From contig JBGSMD010000064.1 of NCBI GenBank assembly GCA_041740355.1, positions 36,541 through 100,540 on the forward strand: a DNA stretch of 64,000 nucleotides, read 5' to 3'. Positions 1 to 10,264 of the stretch are shown one piece after another. The DNA is from Bdellovibrionota bacterium. GTDB lineage: Bacteria; Bdellovibrionota_C; UBA2361; CALJRW01. Numbering within the stretch: the stretch's first letter is position 1; each line of letters starts with the position of its first letter. Both the position numbers and the translations under genes were made by a program. The notes beneath the pieces were generated by a model. The model was not told where the DNA came from and did no database searches. It worked only from the letters and a program-made list of their open reading frames with translations.

Positions 1-1373
1 CCGATATCACCTTCAATAAAAGCTAATGGAACAAACACAGCTACAAGTACTAATGTAGTTGCAATGACTGCCATGCCAACTTCTTGAGTGCCCCGGTAGG
101 CGGCGACCAGGGGAGTCTCTCCTAGTTCCGTCATCCTCCGAGAAATGTTTTCTAAAACAATAATTGCATCATCAACAACTAACCCAATTGCCAAGACTAA
201 AGCTAAAAGAGTAAGGAGATTAATTGAATAACCAAAGGCGTAAAGCGCAATAAAGGAGGAAATAATTGAAATTGGCACGGTGATAGCAGGAATAATCATG
301 CCACGAACATCACCTATAAAAATATAAATGACTAAAACAACTAATATTATTGCAACAATAAATGTTAGATAAACTTCACCAATCGCTTCTTCGATGAAGA
401 TTGAGCTATCATAACTTTGCTCAATTTTCATTTTATTTGGTAATGTGGAATTAATTAATTTTGCTTGTGCCTTGGCCGCTCTGGCAACACTGATTGTATT
501 AGCGGTTGATTGTTTAACAATACCGATCCCAATCATTGGGGCACCATTTCCCCTGAAAAAGGTACGATTCTCAATCGAGCCTTTCTCGACTCTGGCAACA
601 TCACCAAGTCTGGTAATATATCCATCAACACTTCTACCTAAAGATAAGGCCATAAAATCTTCTGGCACTCGAAAGGCTCTTTGTAATCTCACTGTGAATT
701 GCCGAGTATTCGACTCAATACTTCCGGCTGGTAATTCAATATTTTCAGCACGGAGAGCATTCTCAACATCTGTTACTGTCAAATTTCTAGCTGCTAATGC
801 CTCTCGGTCTAGCCAGACGCGCATGGCATATTCTTGTCCCCCTCCAATTCGCACACGACCAACCCCATCTAAAGTTGAAAAACGATCAACTAAGTAACGT
901 GACGCATAATCAGTGAGCTCAGGAACTGTCATCTGTGGACTGGTTAAGTTCAGCCACATAATGACATCTTCATTGGAATCTATTTTTTGAATTTCTGGCG
1001 GATCAGCCTCGTCAGGGAAATCTCCAAGAGCACCAGAAACACGATCTCGTATATCGTTTGCTGCACTATCAATATCCCGAGATAGACTAAACTCAACATT
1101 AACCGTTGAACGTCCATCCTCACTCTTGGACTCAATAAACTCAATGCCTTCAATTCCAGCAATTCGTTCTTCTACAATTTCAGTAATTTTGGACTCGACA
1201 ACGTTGGCGGAGGCTCCCGGATAATTAACTTCGACTGATATAATTGGAGGGTTAATATCTGGATATTCCCTTAACGATAAACGACTAAAGGAAACAAATC
1301 CAAATATTATCAAAATTAATGACAGGACGGTCGCAAATACTGGACGAGTTACTGAGATATCAGAAAGCTTCAT
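1..1373 (-). CDS. RND efflux permease (AcrB/MdtC-like), 5' part; runs off the left edge
   Basis: Not in the ORF track. Manual translation from ATG at 1373 gives MKLSDISVTRPVFATVLSLILIIFG..REYPDINPPIISVEVNYPGASANVVESKIT..IGLVVDDAIIVLENI. The start overlaps the MFP stop (ATGA). Confidence 0.95.
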   Translation of the reverse strand, partial: MKLSDISVTRPVFATVLSLILIIFGFVSFSRLSLREYPDINPPIISVEVNYPGASANVVESKITEIVEERIAGIEGIEFIESKSEDGRSTVNVEFSLSRDIDSAANDIRDRVSGALGDFPDEADPPEIQKIDSNEDVIMWLNLTSPQMTVPELTDYASRYLVDRFSTLDGVGRVRIGGGQEYAMRVWLDREALAARNLTVTDVENALRAENIELPAGSIESNTRQFTVRLQRAFRVPEDFMALSLGRSVDGYITRLGDVARVEKGSIENRTFFRGNGAPMIGIGIVKQSTANTISVARAAKAQAKLINSTLPNKMKIEQSYDSSIFIEEAIGEVYLTFIVAIILVVLVIYIFIGDVRGMIIPAITVPISIISSFIALYAFGYSINLLTLLALVLAIGLVVDDAIIVLENISRRMTELGETPLVAAYRGTQEVGMAVIATTLVLVAVFVPLAFIEGDI

Positions 1374-2431
1374 GCCTTTACCTTTTTGCGTTTGATTATA
1401 TCTTTTAAACCTTCACCTGCTTGTTGGATAGCGTCTACCACAACTTCTTTGTCATCTGTTAGAGCCATCGCCCCATGAGTTACTACCAAATCACCAGCTT
1501 GTAGTCCTGATAATATTTCGACCTCTCCATTTTTTCGAATTCCAACTTCCACAATTACCTGCTTAACTTTATTATCTAAAATTTGAAAAACTCCCACCTT
1601 ACTACCTAATGGCAAAATAGCTTCTTCGGGTACGACTAAACTCTCTCGATCTAAGTGTCGAACTTTTACTTGCATCAGTAATCCTGGTTTTAATAATCCA
1701 TCGGAATTAGGTATTTTAGCTCTGACAACTATTGATCTTGTAATTGGATCAACTCTTGAATCTAAGGCTACAATTTCTCCTGCAAACTGACTCTTAGGAA
1801 AGGCCGACGTAGTTGAGTAGACCTTCAGTCCTACCGAAAGTGCATTTAACAGAACAGCAGGAACGGAAAAATCTAAATTCATTATTTGATCATCCGTTAT
1901 TGTTCCTATTTCTTCACCCGGAGTTACTAAGGCACCTGCACTTACATTTCTTAGTCCCATTACACCAGAAAAAGGTGCAATTATTAGGCGATCTTCTAAT
2001 CTACTTTTCATTGCCTCTAACAAAGCATTGGCCGATTCAAACTCTCTTCTTCTTTGATCGACAACCGAGCCAGATATTGCTCCTTGTTGAGGAATATTCT
2101 TAACACGTTCAAATTGTTTTTTGGCCTCCTCAACTCGTGCTAAACTTTCCTTGACTAAGGCACTCTCCTCTTGATTGGTCATCTCTGCTAATAGAAATCC
2201 CTTTTCCACCCTTTGGCCGTCTTCAAAATAAATATTTGTAATTGTGTCTGTGACCGTAGATGTCAAACGAACTGTTTCATTTGCCTTTAAGGTTCCAAGA
2301 GCTTCTATTTCATTAAACAAATGCTTTTTTTTAATCTCATATCCAATCACCTTAGTTTGAGCTAGCGTATTAAATGAACTAATGAGTGTAAGAAAAATTA
2401 GAATTATTCCAAGATAATGTTTATTAATCAT
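1370..2431 (-). CDS. RND efflux periplasmic adaptor (membrane fusion protein)
   Basis: Lipoyl half-motifs FEDGQRVEKG and IIAPFSG, RVDPITRS, LKPG, VEILSGL; directly upstream of the RND permease. Confidence 0.93.
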   Translation of the reverse strand: MINKHYLGIILIFLTLISSFNTLAQTKVIGYEIKKKHLFNEIEALGTLKANETVRLTSTVTDTITNIYFEDGQRVEKGFLLAEMTNQEESALVKESLARVEEAKKQFERVKNIPQQGAISGSVVDQRRREFESANALLEAMKSRLEDRLIIAPFSGVMGLRNVSAGALVTPGEEIGTITDDQIMNLDFSVPAVLLNALSVGLKVYSTTSAFPKSQFAGEIVALDSRVDPITRSIVVRAKIPNSDGLLKPGLLMQVKVRHLDRESLVVPEEAILPLGSKVGVFQILDNKVKQVIVEVGIRKNGEVEILSGLQAGDLVVTHGAMALTDDKEVVVDAIQQAGEGLKDIIKRKKVKA

Positions 2432-2698
2432 AATAATTATAAAAATCTGTAAAAACCACTTCCGTCAATAACAGCTAATTTAATAAAATAAATATTGCAA
2501 ATCATGTTCAAACTAAAGGTAGTTTATTTTATTACGCATCAAAGCAAAAGTGAAAGTGCTTATTTAAGTATTGGAAGCTGCGTAAAGCTAAAACTGACAA
2601 TTGAAATTCAGAAATGACACATCTACCATTGATTAATTGTAATTATTATAGAAACTAAACCTTTCGCTGTCGATTAAATCACTGTAAAAGATATTACA

Positions 2699-4207
2699 AT
2701 GAAGCTATCTAATCCACTTTCCACACACTACAGATTGCTGACAGCAATATTACTCGCATTAATTTGTTTAGGTTGTTCAATTGGTCCAGAATATTCTAAA
2801 CCTAAAATTAAAAAACCAAACCACTGGAAGGGTCAACAAAAAGCTTTAACTCCAAAAAAACTAGCTGCTATTTCTACCTATTGGACAATGTTCAATGATC
2901 CAGTACTTACAGAGCTGATCGATCGAAGTAATACAAATAACCTCTCATTACAAGAATCATTCTTAAGGATTCAGGAAGCAACGGCTTCAGCCGGGGTTAG
3001 TTTTAGTGATTTTTTTCCACAAATTGATGCCACTACTGATTTAGCAACTCGGCGTCGTAGCGAAAGTGTAGCCTCTGCAATTAGCGGTGCAGAAAATGAT
3101 TTTTTATCCGTGGGAGCAAGACTTAATTGGGAATTAGATCTTCTTGGAAGATTAAGAAGACTACAAGAATCAGCTCAAGCAAATCTAGAAGCTACCCTTG
3201 AGGATTACTTTGATACTCAAGTAATCTTATACTCGCAGGTAGCTTCCACCTACATCACATATTGCACAAATTCTGCTAGGATTTCTTTAGCTAAGGAAAA
3301 TATTAAAAATCAAAAAGAAAGCCTACAACTTGCGAGAGAATTGTTTACTGCAGGAATTGCGCCAGAATTAGATGTTAAACAAGCAGAATCTAATTTAGGG
3401 GAAACCGAAGCTACTCTTCCTAGCCTCAGGATCCAATTAGCGCAAGCTAAGCATCAGTTAGCTGTTCTAATTGGGACACTACCTGAAGAATTAGATGGAC
3501 TTTTACTTAGTAATCGAAAAATTCCTACTATCAAAAAATTTAGCAGAAAGTCTTTACCCTTAGATATTTTACGACAACGTCCAGATATCCGTCGCGCGGA
3601 ACGTAATCTAGCTGCGCAACATGCCCTAATTGGCGCTAGTCAAGCTGAGCATTTTCCGATTATTTCACTTCCAGGTCAAATCTCTTTTGAAGCTCTAAAT
3701 AACTTAGAAGATGCTTTTCGAACAAATAGCATGGCTTATACTATTGGACCTAGTGTTAGCTGGAACATTTTTAATGCTGGTAAAATTTCCCGCAACGTTG
3801 AAATACAAGAAGCTCGTACTCAACAGTTAAACAGAAGATATCAACAGAGCGTTTTAATTGCAGTTCAAGAAATCGAAAATGCTTTAGTTGGTATTAAGGA
3901 AGAAAAGCTACGTCAACTTAGTCTGGAAAAATCTGTAGCCGCAAGCAAAGAAGCAGTCAGTTTAGTTAAGGCACTTTACGCATCTGGACTTACTGATTTT
4001 CAAAATGTACTTGATAGCGAAAGACGTTACTTCATACAGCAACTAAGTTTGGCAGATAGTATTGGAACACTAGCTCAAAATAATGTAGCACTGTATCGCT
4101 CATTAGGTGGAGGCTGGGAAGTTCCATTACAAAATTTGAAAACTAAAAAGACTAAAAACTTATCCAAAAAATCTAAAAGAAAAGTAATCGTCGAACCTCA
4201 TAAATAA
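2699..4207 (+). CDS. Outer membrane efflux lipoprotein (NodT/OprM family)
   Basis: Lipobox CLGC-SIGPEY, WELDLLG, RQRPDIRRAE, LYRSLGGGW; divergent from the MFP/RND genes. Confidence 0.93.
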   Translation: MKLSNPLSTHYRLLTAILLALICLGCSIGPEYSKPKIKKPNHWKGQQKALTPKKLAAISTYWTMFNDPVLTELIDRSNTNNLSLQESFLRIQEATASAGVSFSDFFPQIDATTDLATRRRSESVASAISGAENDFLSVGARLNWELDLLGRLRRLQESAQANLEATLEDYFDTQVILYSQVASTYITYCTNSARISLAKENIKNQKESLQLARELFTAGIAPELDVKQAESNLGETEATLPSLRIQLAQAKHQLAVLIGTLPEELDGLLLSNRKIPTIKKFSRKSLPLDILRQRPDIRRAERNLAAQHALIGASQAEHFPIISLPGQISFEALNNLEDAFRTNSMAYTIGPSVSWNIFNAGKISRNVEIQEARTQQLNRRYQQSVLIAVQEIENALVGIKEEKLRQLSLEKSVAASKEAVSLVKALYASGLTDFQNVLDSERRYFIQQLSLADSIGTLAQNNVALYRSLGGGWEVPLQNLKTKKTKNLSKKSKRKVIVEPHK

Positions 4208-4304
4208 ATGAGTAAATTGCTGAAAAATTTTGGGCAAATATAAATTTTAGCAAATTGCTATATATGAGGAAGTAAATATTATTCTCCCTAATAGATAATA
4301 TTTT

Positions 4305-4916
4305 TTATTTAAAATAATTGGCATAATCTAACTGGCTCGCTTCTATTACTTGCCAGGCGGATTCCTTGCCATAAACTTCTACAATCTCGCACTTAGATAA
4401 AGTTTCCGGCATTTGTTTGTATGTCAAAAAATAATGCTTAAGGCGATTTAATATGCTCTCAGGAAGATCTGTGATGTCTTTCCAGCCTCCATACAAATGA
4501 TCATCTTTTAAAACAGCAATTATTTTATCGTCAGCTTCATTATGATCAATTAGTCGCAAACCTCCGATTGGATAAGCTTTCACTAAGATATCACCATGGG
4601 TAATCTGTCTTTCAGTTAGAACTAAAATATCAAGAGGATCATTATCTCCCACAACTAACTCTTTCCGACCACTGGCTTTAGCCGATAATTTAGCAACTTC
4701 TTCTTTACAATAAGTTTGGGGAATAAAACCGTAAAGCGCTGGAACTATATTACTAAATTTTTGAGGCCGATCTATTTTTAAATACCCAGAATGTTTATCA
4801 ATCTCATACTTCACCGTATCACTTGGAATAATTTCAATAAAAGCAGTAATTAACTGGGGCGCTTCCTGACCAATCTCCACGCCATGCCAAGGATGTAGTT
4901 TATAGTGATTATTCAT
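4305..4916 (-). CDS. ppa: Family I soluble inorganic pyrophosphatase
   Basis: HPWH, KYEIDK, YGFIPQT, GDNDPLD, EADDKIIAV, HYFLTYK motifs. Confidence 0.93.
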   Translation of the reverse strand: MNNHYKLHPWHGVEIGQEAPQLITAFIEIIPSDTVKYEIDKHSGYLKIDRPQKFSNIVPALYGFIPQTYCKEEVAKLSAKASGRKELVVGDNDPLDILVLTERQITHGDILVKAYPIGGLRLIDHNEADDKIIAVLKDDHLYGGWKDITDLPESILNRLKHYFLTYKQMPETLSKCEIVEVYGKESAWQVIEASQLDYANYFK

Positions 4917-5149
4917 GCCAACAATTATTTAATTAAATAAGGATGGAGTCATGCTAACAGATTAATCCTGACCATGAAATATGCTTAGTGTTACGATAAT
5001 TATAACTCTTTCATGCTTGAAGTAAGGTTTTACTGATTTTATAAGTGTTATTTCAATTGTTGTTTGATTTAAATCTTAAGGAAAAAGACTACAGACAAAG
5101 AAAAGAATGAATTTAAATTTAAAGGACAAATAACGTCAGTGATACAGTA

Positions 5150-5296
5150 TATAGTAAGTCCAAAAAGTAATTTCCGGTAGGAATGACTTTTTGGGGCTTA
5201 CTATCCCCCGCAAGCGTTATAAAATCATACGGTTATGACAAAAATCACAAAAGTAACTTTTTAAATATTCGGAAATTAGTTTTTGTCATAACTATA
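5150..5296. mobile_element. ~147-bp MITE-like element, copy A
   Basis: Imperfect terminal inverted repeats TATAGTAAGTCCAAAAAGTAATTTCCG / TATAGTTATGACAAAAACTAATTTCCG and two internal hairpins; closely matches the reverse complement of 43899-44044. Confidence 0.85.
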
Positions 5297-5328
5297 ATAT
5301 CACTGACATTATTTATTATTATTTACAA

Positions 5329-6604
5329 TTAATTAACAGCAACTCTCATGTCAGGGATACAGAAACGATCAGGATCGCTATCGTCCCCGGCCATCTTAAT
5401 TGATGTATGGTGAACATTGTTCATCACGTTGGCGTTACCAGGAGCACCAAAACAAGCAGTCTTGGTTCCAGCACCATCAATATATCTTTGAACTTTGTAA
5501 GGTGTGCAATTTGCTAGGGCACAATCCTCATCCAAACGATCTCCCCCATCTGGTAATCTTAATTGAACACTGAATGCTCCTTGAAAACTTCCGGAAAGAA
5601 TCACTGCCGCATTACCACCACATTCTTCTAACTCTGGTCGGTATTGAACAGTTGTTGGAGCAGTATCACAATTAAATTCCGGTTCTTCGTCATTTCCTCC
5701 AACAGAACCAACACCATCATACTCAAAACGGGTACAGCCATTAGCAATTAAAACTGAGGGTTGAGAACCAAAGTAAACTACTTCCCCTGTTGCTTTATCT
5801 TTCACTTCAACTGTAGCTGCACCAAAAAAGCACCCTTCTTGAGCAGAACGAACTGTCACACAACGTCCGTTTCCTGTTGGATAATCTAACAACTGTGATC
5901 CATTTACAAAGACATTGACATCGCAAGGGTCTAATAAAATCGAGACTCCACCGGGGTTGTATGGGCTCTCGCTGTCAGGCTTCCACAAAAAATTTGAAAC
6001 TTGTCTGGCTGGAAGTGCTTCCGGTGCACCTGAAGTATCCTCAGGAATCTCACCAGTTGATAATATTTCTAAACAAGAAGCTACTTGGTTACCAGAACAT
6101 CCATTATCTGCAGCAATCACACCTCCGAAATATTCTGTTACAACTTCTTCACTAAGACCTAAACCTTCAGCTGTTGCTAATTGCCCAACTGTGGCAGTTC
6201 CTGAAATAGTTTCTTGAGTGCATCCGGCATCAAAAAAACGGAAACTTCTTTCTGCCACTAAGGCTGATAAAACTTTTTTTGCTTCAGTGTAATCCATTGG
6301 TATCACCTAAGCCCTGAAGCTTAACTAACTTTGGCCCCGAAGCAGTTGTAACATTAACTAAGTTAGAATCGATGACTTGAATTGCTAAAACGTCTTCCCC
6401 ATCGGAAAATTGTGGTGGATTTTGATAATTTCCATTTGAAGTAAGACCACAAAGAGTGGCACCAACATCCTTAACACTGCCTGGAATCACAGTCGCACCA
6501 CCAGAATTACCACCCTGATCATCATCACTGCTACTACTGCTATTACAAGCTGCTAGGAGCAAACCCAGACTAAATACTACAAGAGATTTATAGATTGAAT
6601 TCAT
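5329..6604 (-). pseudogene. Cys-rich lipoprotein with degenerate thermonuclease (SNase)-like N-terminal domain, split by a frameshift near 6290
   Basis: ORF 6284-6604 has lipobox LAAC and ends KLQGLGDTNGLH*. ORF 5329-6306 continues in another frame (TEAKKVLSALV), lacks its own signal peptide and overlaps it. Could be a sequencing indel. Confidence 0.6.
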
Positions 6605-6798
6605 AATTTTTATAATTAAAATAAGCTGACATCTTGTACCAACCTGAGGGACTAAGGATTTAAGAATGGAGCCTGTGAAAACTAGGCAATCTTATTTAAA
6701 AAATCAAGCGTAGCGTCAGCAAAAAATTTTAATTTAATCTTAACTTTTGAATTTCAAACAAGCGTTTGAGTTAGAGAGAATGTTAAGATTGAAAGGAA

Positions 6799-6944
6799 TA
6801 TAGAAAGTCCAAAAAGTAATTTACTTTAAGATACTACTTTTTGGGTCTTGCTATCCGCCCGAGGGATAGTAAATCGTATAGTTATTACAAAAAACAAGTT
6901 GCTCTATAATATTTAAACGTAATTTATTTTTTGGAATAACTATA
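6799..6944. mobile_element. ~146-bp MITE-like element, copy B
   Basis: TATAGAAAGTCCAAAAAGTAATTT...TTTTTTGGAATAACTATA; inverted relative to its close homolog at 7837-7983. Confidence 0.85.
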
Positions 6945-7028
6945 TTAAGAAAAAGTTTGATTGCAAAAGAAATTAAAATTTTTAGGAAATTTAATAAATT
7001 AAAAATAGAGAGAGAAAACTAATACTCT

Positions 7029-7229
7029 TTAAATTCCTAACAAGGCACTTGTTATGGCAAGAAATTTTGTGCTAATTGTCTGACCAAGATCCGTAATTGC
7101 TAAAATACAAACGACAGCAATCAAAGCTACAAGCAAGCCATACTCCACCAGCGAGGCACCTTTTTCACTATTGAGATCCATTCGCTTTAATTTGTTTTCA
7201 ATTATTTTATTGATTAACATATACCTCAT
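7029..7229 (-). CDS. Flp/Fap type IVb pilin
   Basis: G|ASLVEYGLLVALIAVV prepilin cleavage and Flp motif; 66 aa. Confidence 0.9.
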   Translation of the reverse strand: MRYMLINKIIENKLKRMDLNSEKGASLVEYGLLVALIAVVCILAITDLGQTISTKFLAITSALLGI

Positions 7230-7427
7230 CTTAAAATATTTCTATTGACATAATTTTACGTGATACAAGGATGCCTTACAAGTTAAATCTTATTTTTAGT
7301 AGTTAATTATGCTGACTATAGAATGTAAGTTCTATAAAAAGTCCTAAATCACACATAGGGAAAAATACTTTTCATAACCTAATTATAGGTGTTCATTCGA
7401 AGACCTTAGGTTATTTTAAAGGTTTTA

Positions 7428-7784
7428 ATGAAAGCTATAGTAAAAGCTATTTTCTCGTTTATGCTGACAAGCTGGACCTACTCTGAAATCATGTTGGTTT
7501 TCCCAGAAATCGAACCGTTCACAAAACAAGTAATTAGCACCCTGACAATCCCTACACATGACGAATGGCGAGTTTACTACGACAAAGAATATCAAGCTAA
7601 AGTTAAAGAAGAAATAAATGGTTTTCTGGTAAGCAATGGATTGGATACTCAAACATATCAATCCAGTGATTTTGAAGAATTTTTAAAAATACCCAAAAAC
7701 ATAGAAACACATTCTAAAGAAACTAATTATATTTCAATTTTTGAAAACTCAGTTCTTCCCGAAACTCTTTACGAAAGCTTTTAG
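7428..7784 (+). CDS. Hypothetical protein
   Basis: 118-aa ORF with hydrophobic N-terminus filling the gap between the pilin and MITE copy C. Confidence 0.55.
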   Translation: MKAIVKAIFSFMLTSWTYSEIMLVFPEIEPFTKQVISTLTIPTHDEWRVYYDKEYQAKVKEEINGFLVSNGLDTQTYQSSDFEEFLKIPKNIETHSKETNYISIFENSVLPETLYESF

Positions 7785-7836
7785 TCTAATCAAATTTGCA
7801 ATCCCTATTGAATAAGAATCAGGAGAGCTGTAAACA

Positions 7837-7983
7837 TATGGTTATTCCAAAAAATAAATTACGTATGATTTTATTCCGGCTAGTTGTTTTTTGTAATAAG
7901 TATATGATTTTTTTATCCCTCCGGGGGATATAAAGCACCAAAAAGTACTTTCCTTAAGTAAATTACTTTTTGGACTTTCTATA
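7837..7983. mobile_element. ~147-bp MITE-like element, copy C
   Basis: Reverse complement aligns along its length with 6799-6944. Confidence 0.85.
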
Positions 7984-8049
7984 TTTAGTCAAATCATATT
8001 ATTTCTAATATCTCCCATACTTTTAAAACAAATAATAAATAATTTTCGA

Positions 8050-8655
8050 ATGATTCCACTAAAAAATACAATTGTTTCTGATTTATTGTTAGATCGGAAA
8101 TTTGTCTGTGACCTACAAGCTTGTAAAGGTGCCTGCTGTCTACTTGGTGCAACTGGGGCACCACTTGAAAAAACCGAGCAGCAAATTATTCAAGATAACC
8201 TCGAAGAGATAAAACCTTTTATGACAACAGAAGGATTAAGGGCTATCGCAAAGAATGGTATTTACTCCTTGAACGAATCCGGAGATTCCTTTACTACACT
8301 AGTCCCGGAAAATAATGCTTGTGCCTTTGTTTTTTATGACGAGAAGCAAATTGCTAAATGTGCCATTGAAGCAGCACATAAATCTAATAAAATTAATTTT
8401 AAAAAGCCGATATCATGTCATCTATATCCGGTTAGGATTACTAAATATCCTGAATTTGATGCTGTTAACTTTGATCAACGAGAGGAATGTAAGCCTGCCT
8501 GCCTTTGTGGAGAAAAATTAGCAACTAAAGTTTATCGTTTTCTAAAAGAACCACTAATTAGAAAGTATGGAGAAGATTGGTATCAGGAATTAGAAAAGAT
8601 TGATCGACTCGGCGAGCAGAGCACTAATAATACTTCGGGTAAAATAAAAGAGTAG
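8050..8655 (+). CDS. DUF3109 family Cys-rich protein
   Basis: FVCDLQACKGACC..GAPL, CAF, CAIE, KPISCHLYPVR, FLKEPLIRKYG pattern. Confidence 0.85.
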   Translation: MIPLKNTIVSDLLLDRKFVCDLQACKGACCLLGATGAPLEKTEQQIIQDNLEEIKPFMTTEGLRAIAKNGIYSLNESGDSFTTLVPENNACAFVFYDEKQIAKCAIEAAHKSNKINFKKPISCHLYPVRITKYPEFDAVNFDQREECKPACLCGEKLATKVYRFLKEPLIRKYGEDWYQELEKIDRLGEQSTNNTSGKIKE

Positions 8656-8824
8656 TCAGTACCACCCCAATAGTGCCAGTCCAAATTGGATTAGCAGAAA
8701 AATATGGAAATAACATTAATGCAATCGCCAAAACAAATGCTCGTGGTTCTTCCGCTTTTTTAGCCCAGCAAAAAGCCGCCATCCCGACAAGTGAAAAAAA
8801 CATACCGAGACTAAGATTTAACAT
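8624..8824 (-). CDS. Small membrane protein
   Basis: 66 aa with hydrophobic helices, FSLVGMAAF..K and ALMLFPYF pattern. Confidence 0.6.
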   Translation of the reverse strand: MLNLSLGMFFSLVGMAAFCWAKKAEEPRAFVLAIALMLFPYFSANPIWTGTIGVVLTTLLFYPKYY

Positions 8825-9048
8825 AGTTCTATTATAGAGTGAGTCTTGGGATATTGCTATCTGTATATTTAACGAACTCTTATAATAATAAGCATTAGAG
8901 GTGATTTCTTAGAAGCATAGTTCAATTTTCGAATCGACTCACCAGTCGGCCTCTCGGTCAATTTGCCACATGAAAATAATAATTATTGAAACTTAGTTGG
9001 GATTAGTGCTATACATTTTGGCTGAAAATTCTCTTAATTTAATTTCAT

Positions 9049-10263
9049 ATGAAGCAAATCCAAATAATTATCCTTTCCATACTAACCTTTCTTCCTTTCT
9101 CACTTTACGCCCTGACAACTGAAGCTTCTAAGGTAAAAACTAAAGAAGAAATAGAAACGCTAGTTAGCCCAATTGCCCTATATCCTGATATTTTACTTTC
9201 CAACATACTCCCAGCTGCAACTTTCCCCGATCAAATTGCTGATGCTGCTTTATTAATTCACGATAAATCTGATGCCGAATTGATTGCCCAACAATCTTGG
9301 GATGATAGCGTCAAAATCATAGCTACTTATCCTGGTATTTTAAAAATGATGTATGAAAAATTAGATTGGACAACTAATTTAGGGAATGTGTTCTTAAATC
9401 AAAGTGAACTTGTAATGAGTTCTATTCAAAAACGAAGGTCTCAAGCTAAGCAAGTTGGAAACTTAAAAACCAATGATCAACAAATGGTAACAACGCAATA
9501 TGTGGATAGTGGTAAACAAGTAATTGTAATCGAACCAAAAGATCCGCAAATCATATATGTTCAAGAATCTAGTCCAGTTGTCTATACTAGTCATGTAGAG
9601 CAAACGAGTTATGTTGCTCCTCTTGTTACATTTGGTTTAGGAGTCGCCTTAGGAGCTGCCGTAGCTAATAATAATGATAATAATAATTATTATTATCATA
9701 GTAGCCCCTGGGGTGGAAATATTTGGGTTCACAATAACTATCATAACGATTGGTATGATGCTCAACGTGACCGACAAGAATTTCACCAAGACCGTTATCA
9801 GAAAGAACAAAATTTTCGCCACGATCGGGTTAGTGAGCAACAAGACTTCCGGAATGATCATGTTAGTGATCGACAAGACTTCCGACAAGAACAATATAAT
9901 AATGGGAATAAGGACTTCTCTGCTAATCGGCAAGCACAACTATCTGAAGCCAAAAGCAAGATGCAGAGCCAGGGCTTTAGTGGGTCAAAATTACAATCAG
10001 CAAAAAGCTCCGGAAGCTTTTCTAAGTCAAGTGCTTCTGGGAGCTATGCGAGCACACAAAGAACAGAAAGTTTTTCTAGTGCAAAAAGTCAGGCATCTAA
10101 ATACCATTACACACCAACAAAATCGTCACTTAGTGATAGAAAGGCAAGCTATACCAGTCAAATTAGTACCCGTGGCTCGCAAAGTAGAAGTTTATCAACA
10201 AGCTCTAGTTTCAGTCGTGCCTCAAGCGGCTTTAGTGGCGGTGGAGGTTTTAGAAGGAGATAA
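9049..10263 (+). CDS. DUF3300 domain protein with low-complexity C-terminal tail
   Basis: LVSPIALYPD.LL, WDDSVK, WTTNLG..F..Q...VM..IQ..R, VIVIEP; Ser/Gly/Arg tail ending GGGGFRRR. Confidence 0.88.
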   Translation: MKQIQIIILSILTFLPFSLYALTTEASKVKTKEEIETLVSPIALYPDILLSNILPAATFPDQIADAALLIHDKSDAELIAQQSWDDSVKIIATYPGILKMMYEKLDWTTNLGNVFLNQSELVMSSIQKRRSQAKQVGNLKTNDQQMVTTQYVDSGKQVIVIEPKDPQIIYVQESSPVVYTSHVEQTSYVAPLVTFGLGVALGAAVANNNDNNNYYYHSSPWGGNIWVHNNYHNDWYDAQRDRQEFHQDRYQKEQNFRHDRVSEQQDFRNDHVSDRQDFRQEQYNNGNKDFSANRQAQLSEAKSKMQSQGFSGSKLQSAKSSGSFSKSSASGSYASTQRTESFSSAKSQASKYHYTPTKSSLSDRKASYTSQISTRGSQSRSLSTSSSFSRASSGFSGGGGFRRR

Positions 10264-10264
10264 T

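Noticed and set aside
445-1162. Track ORFs 445-897 (+) and 980-1162 (-)
   Set aside because: Shadows of the RND permease gene read antisense or out of frame.
5150-7983. Palindromic repeats as integron attC sites
   Set aside because: No RYYYAAC/GTTRRRY ends, mixed orientation and no cassette array or IntI; TIR structure fits MITEs.
9674-10264. N-terminal 197 aa (MIIIIIII..) of track ORF 9674-11143
   Set aside because: Alternative frame over the DUF3300 low-complexity tail; the DUF2950 lipoprotein starts at 10265.
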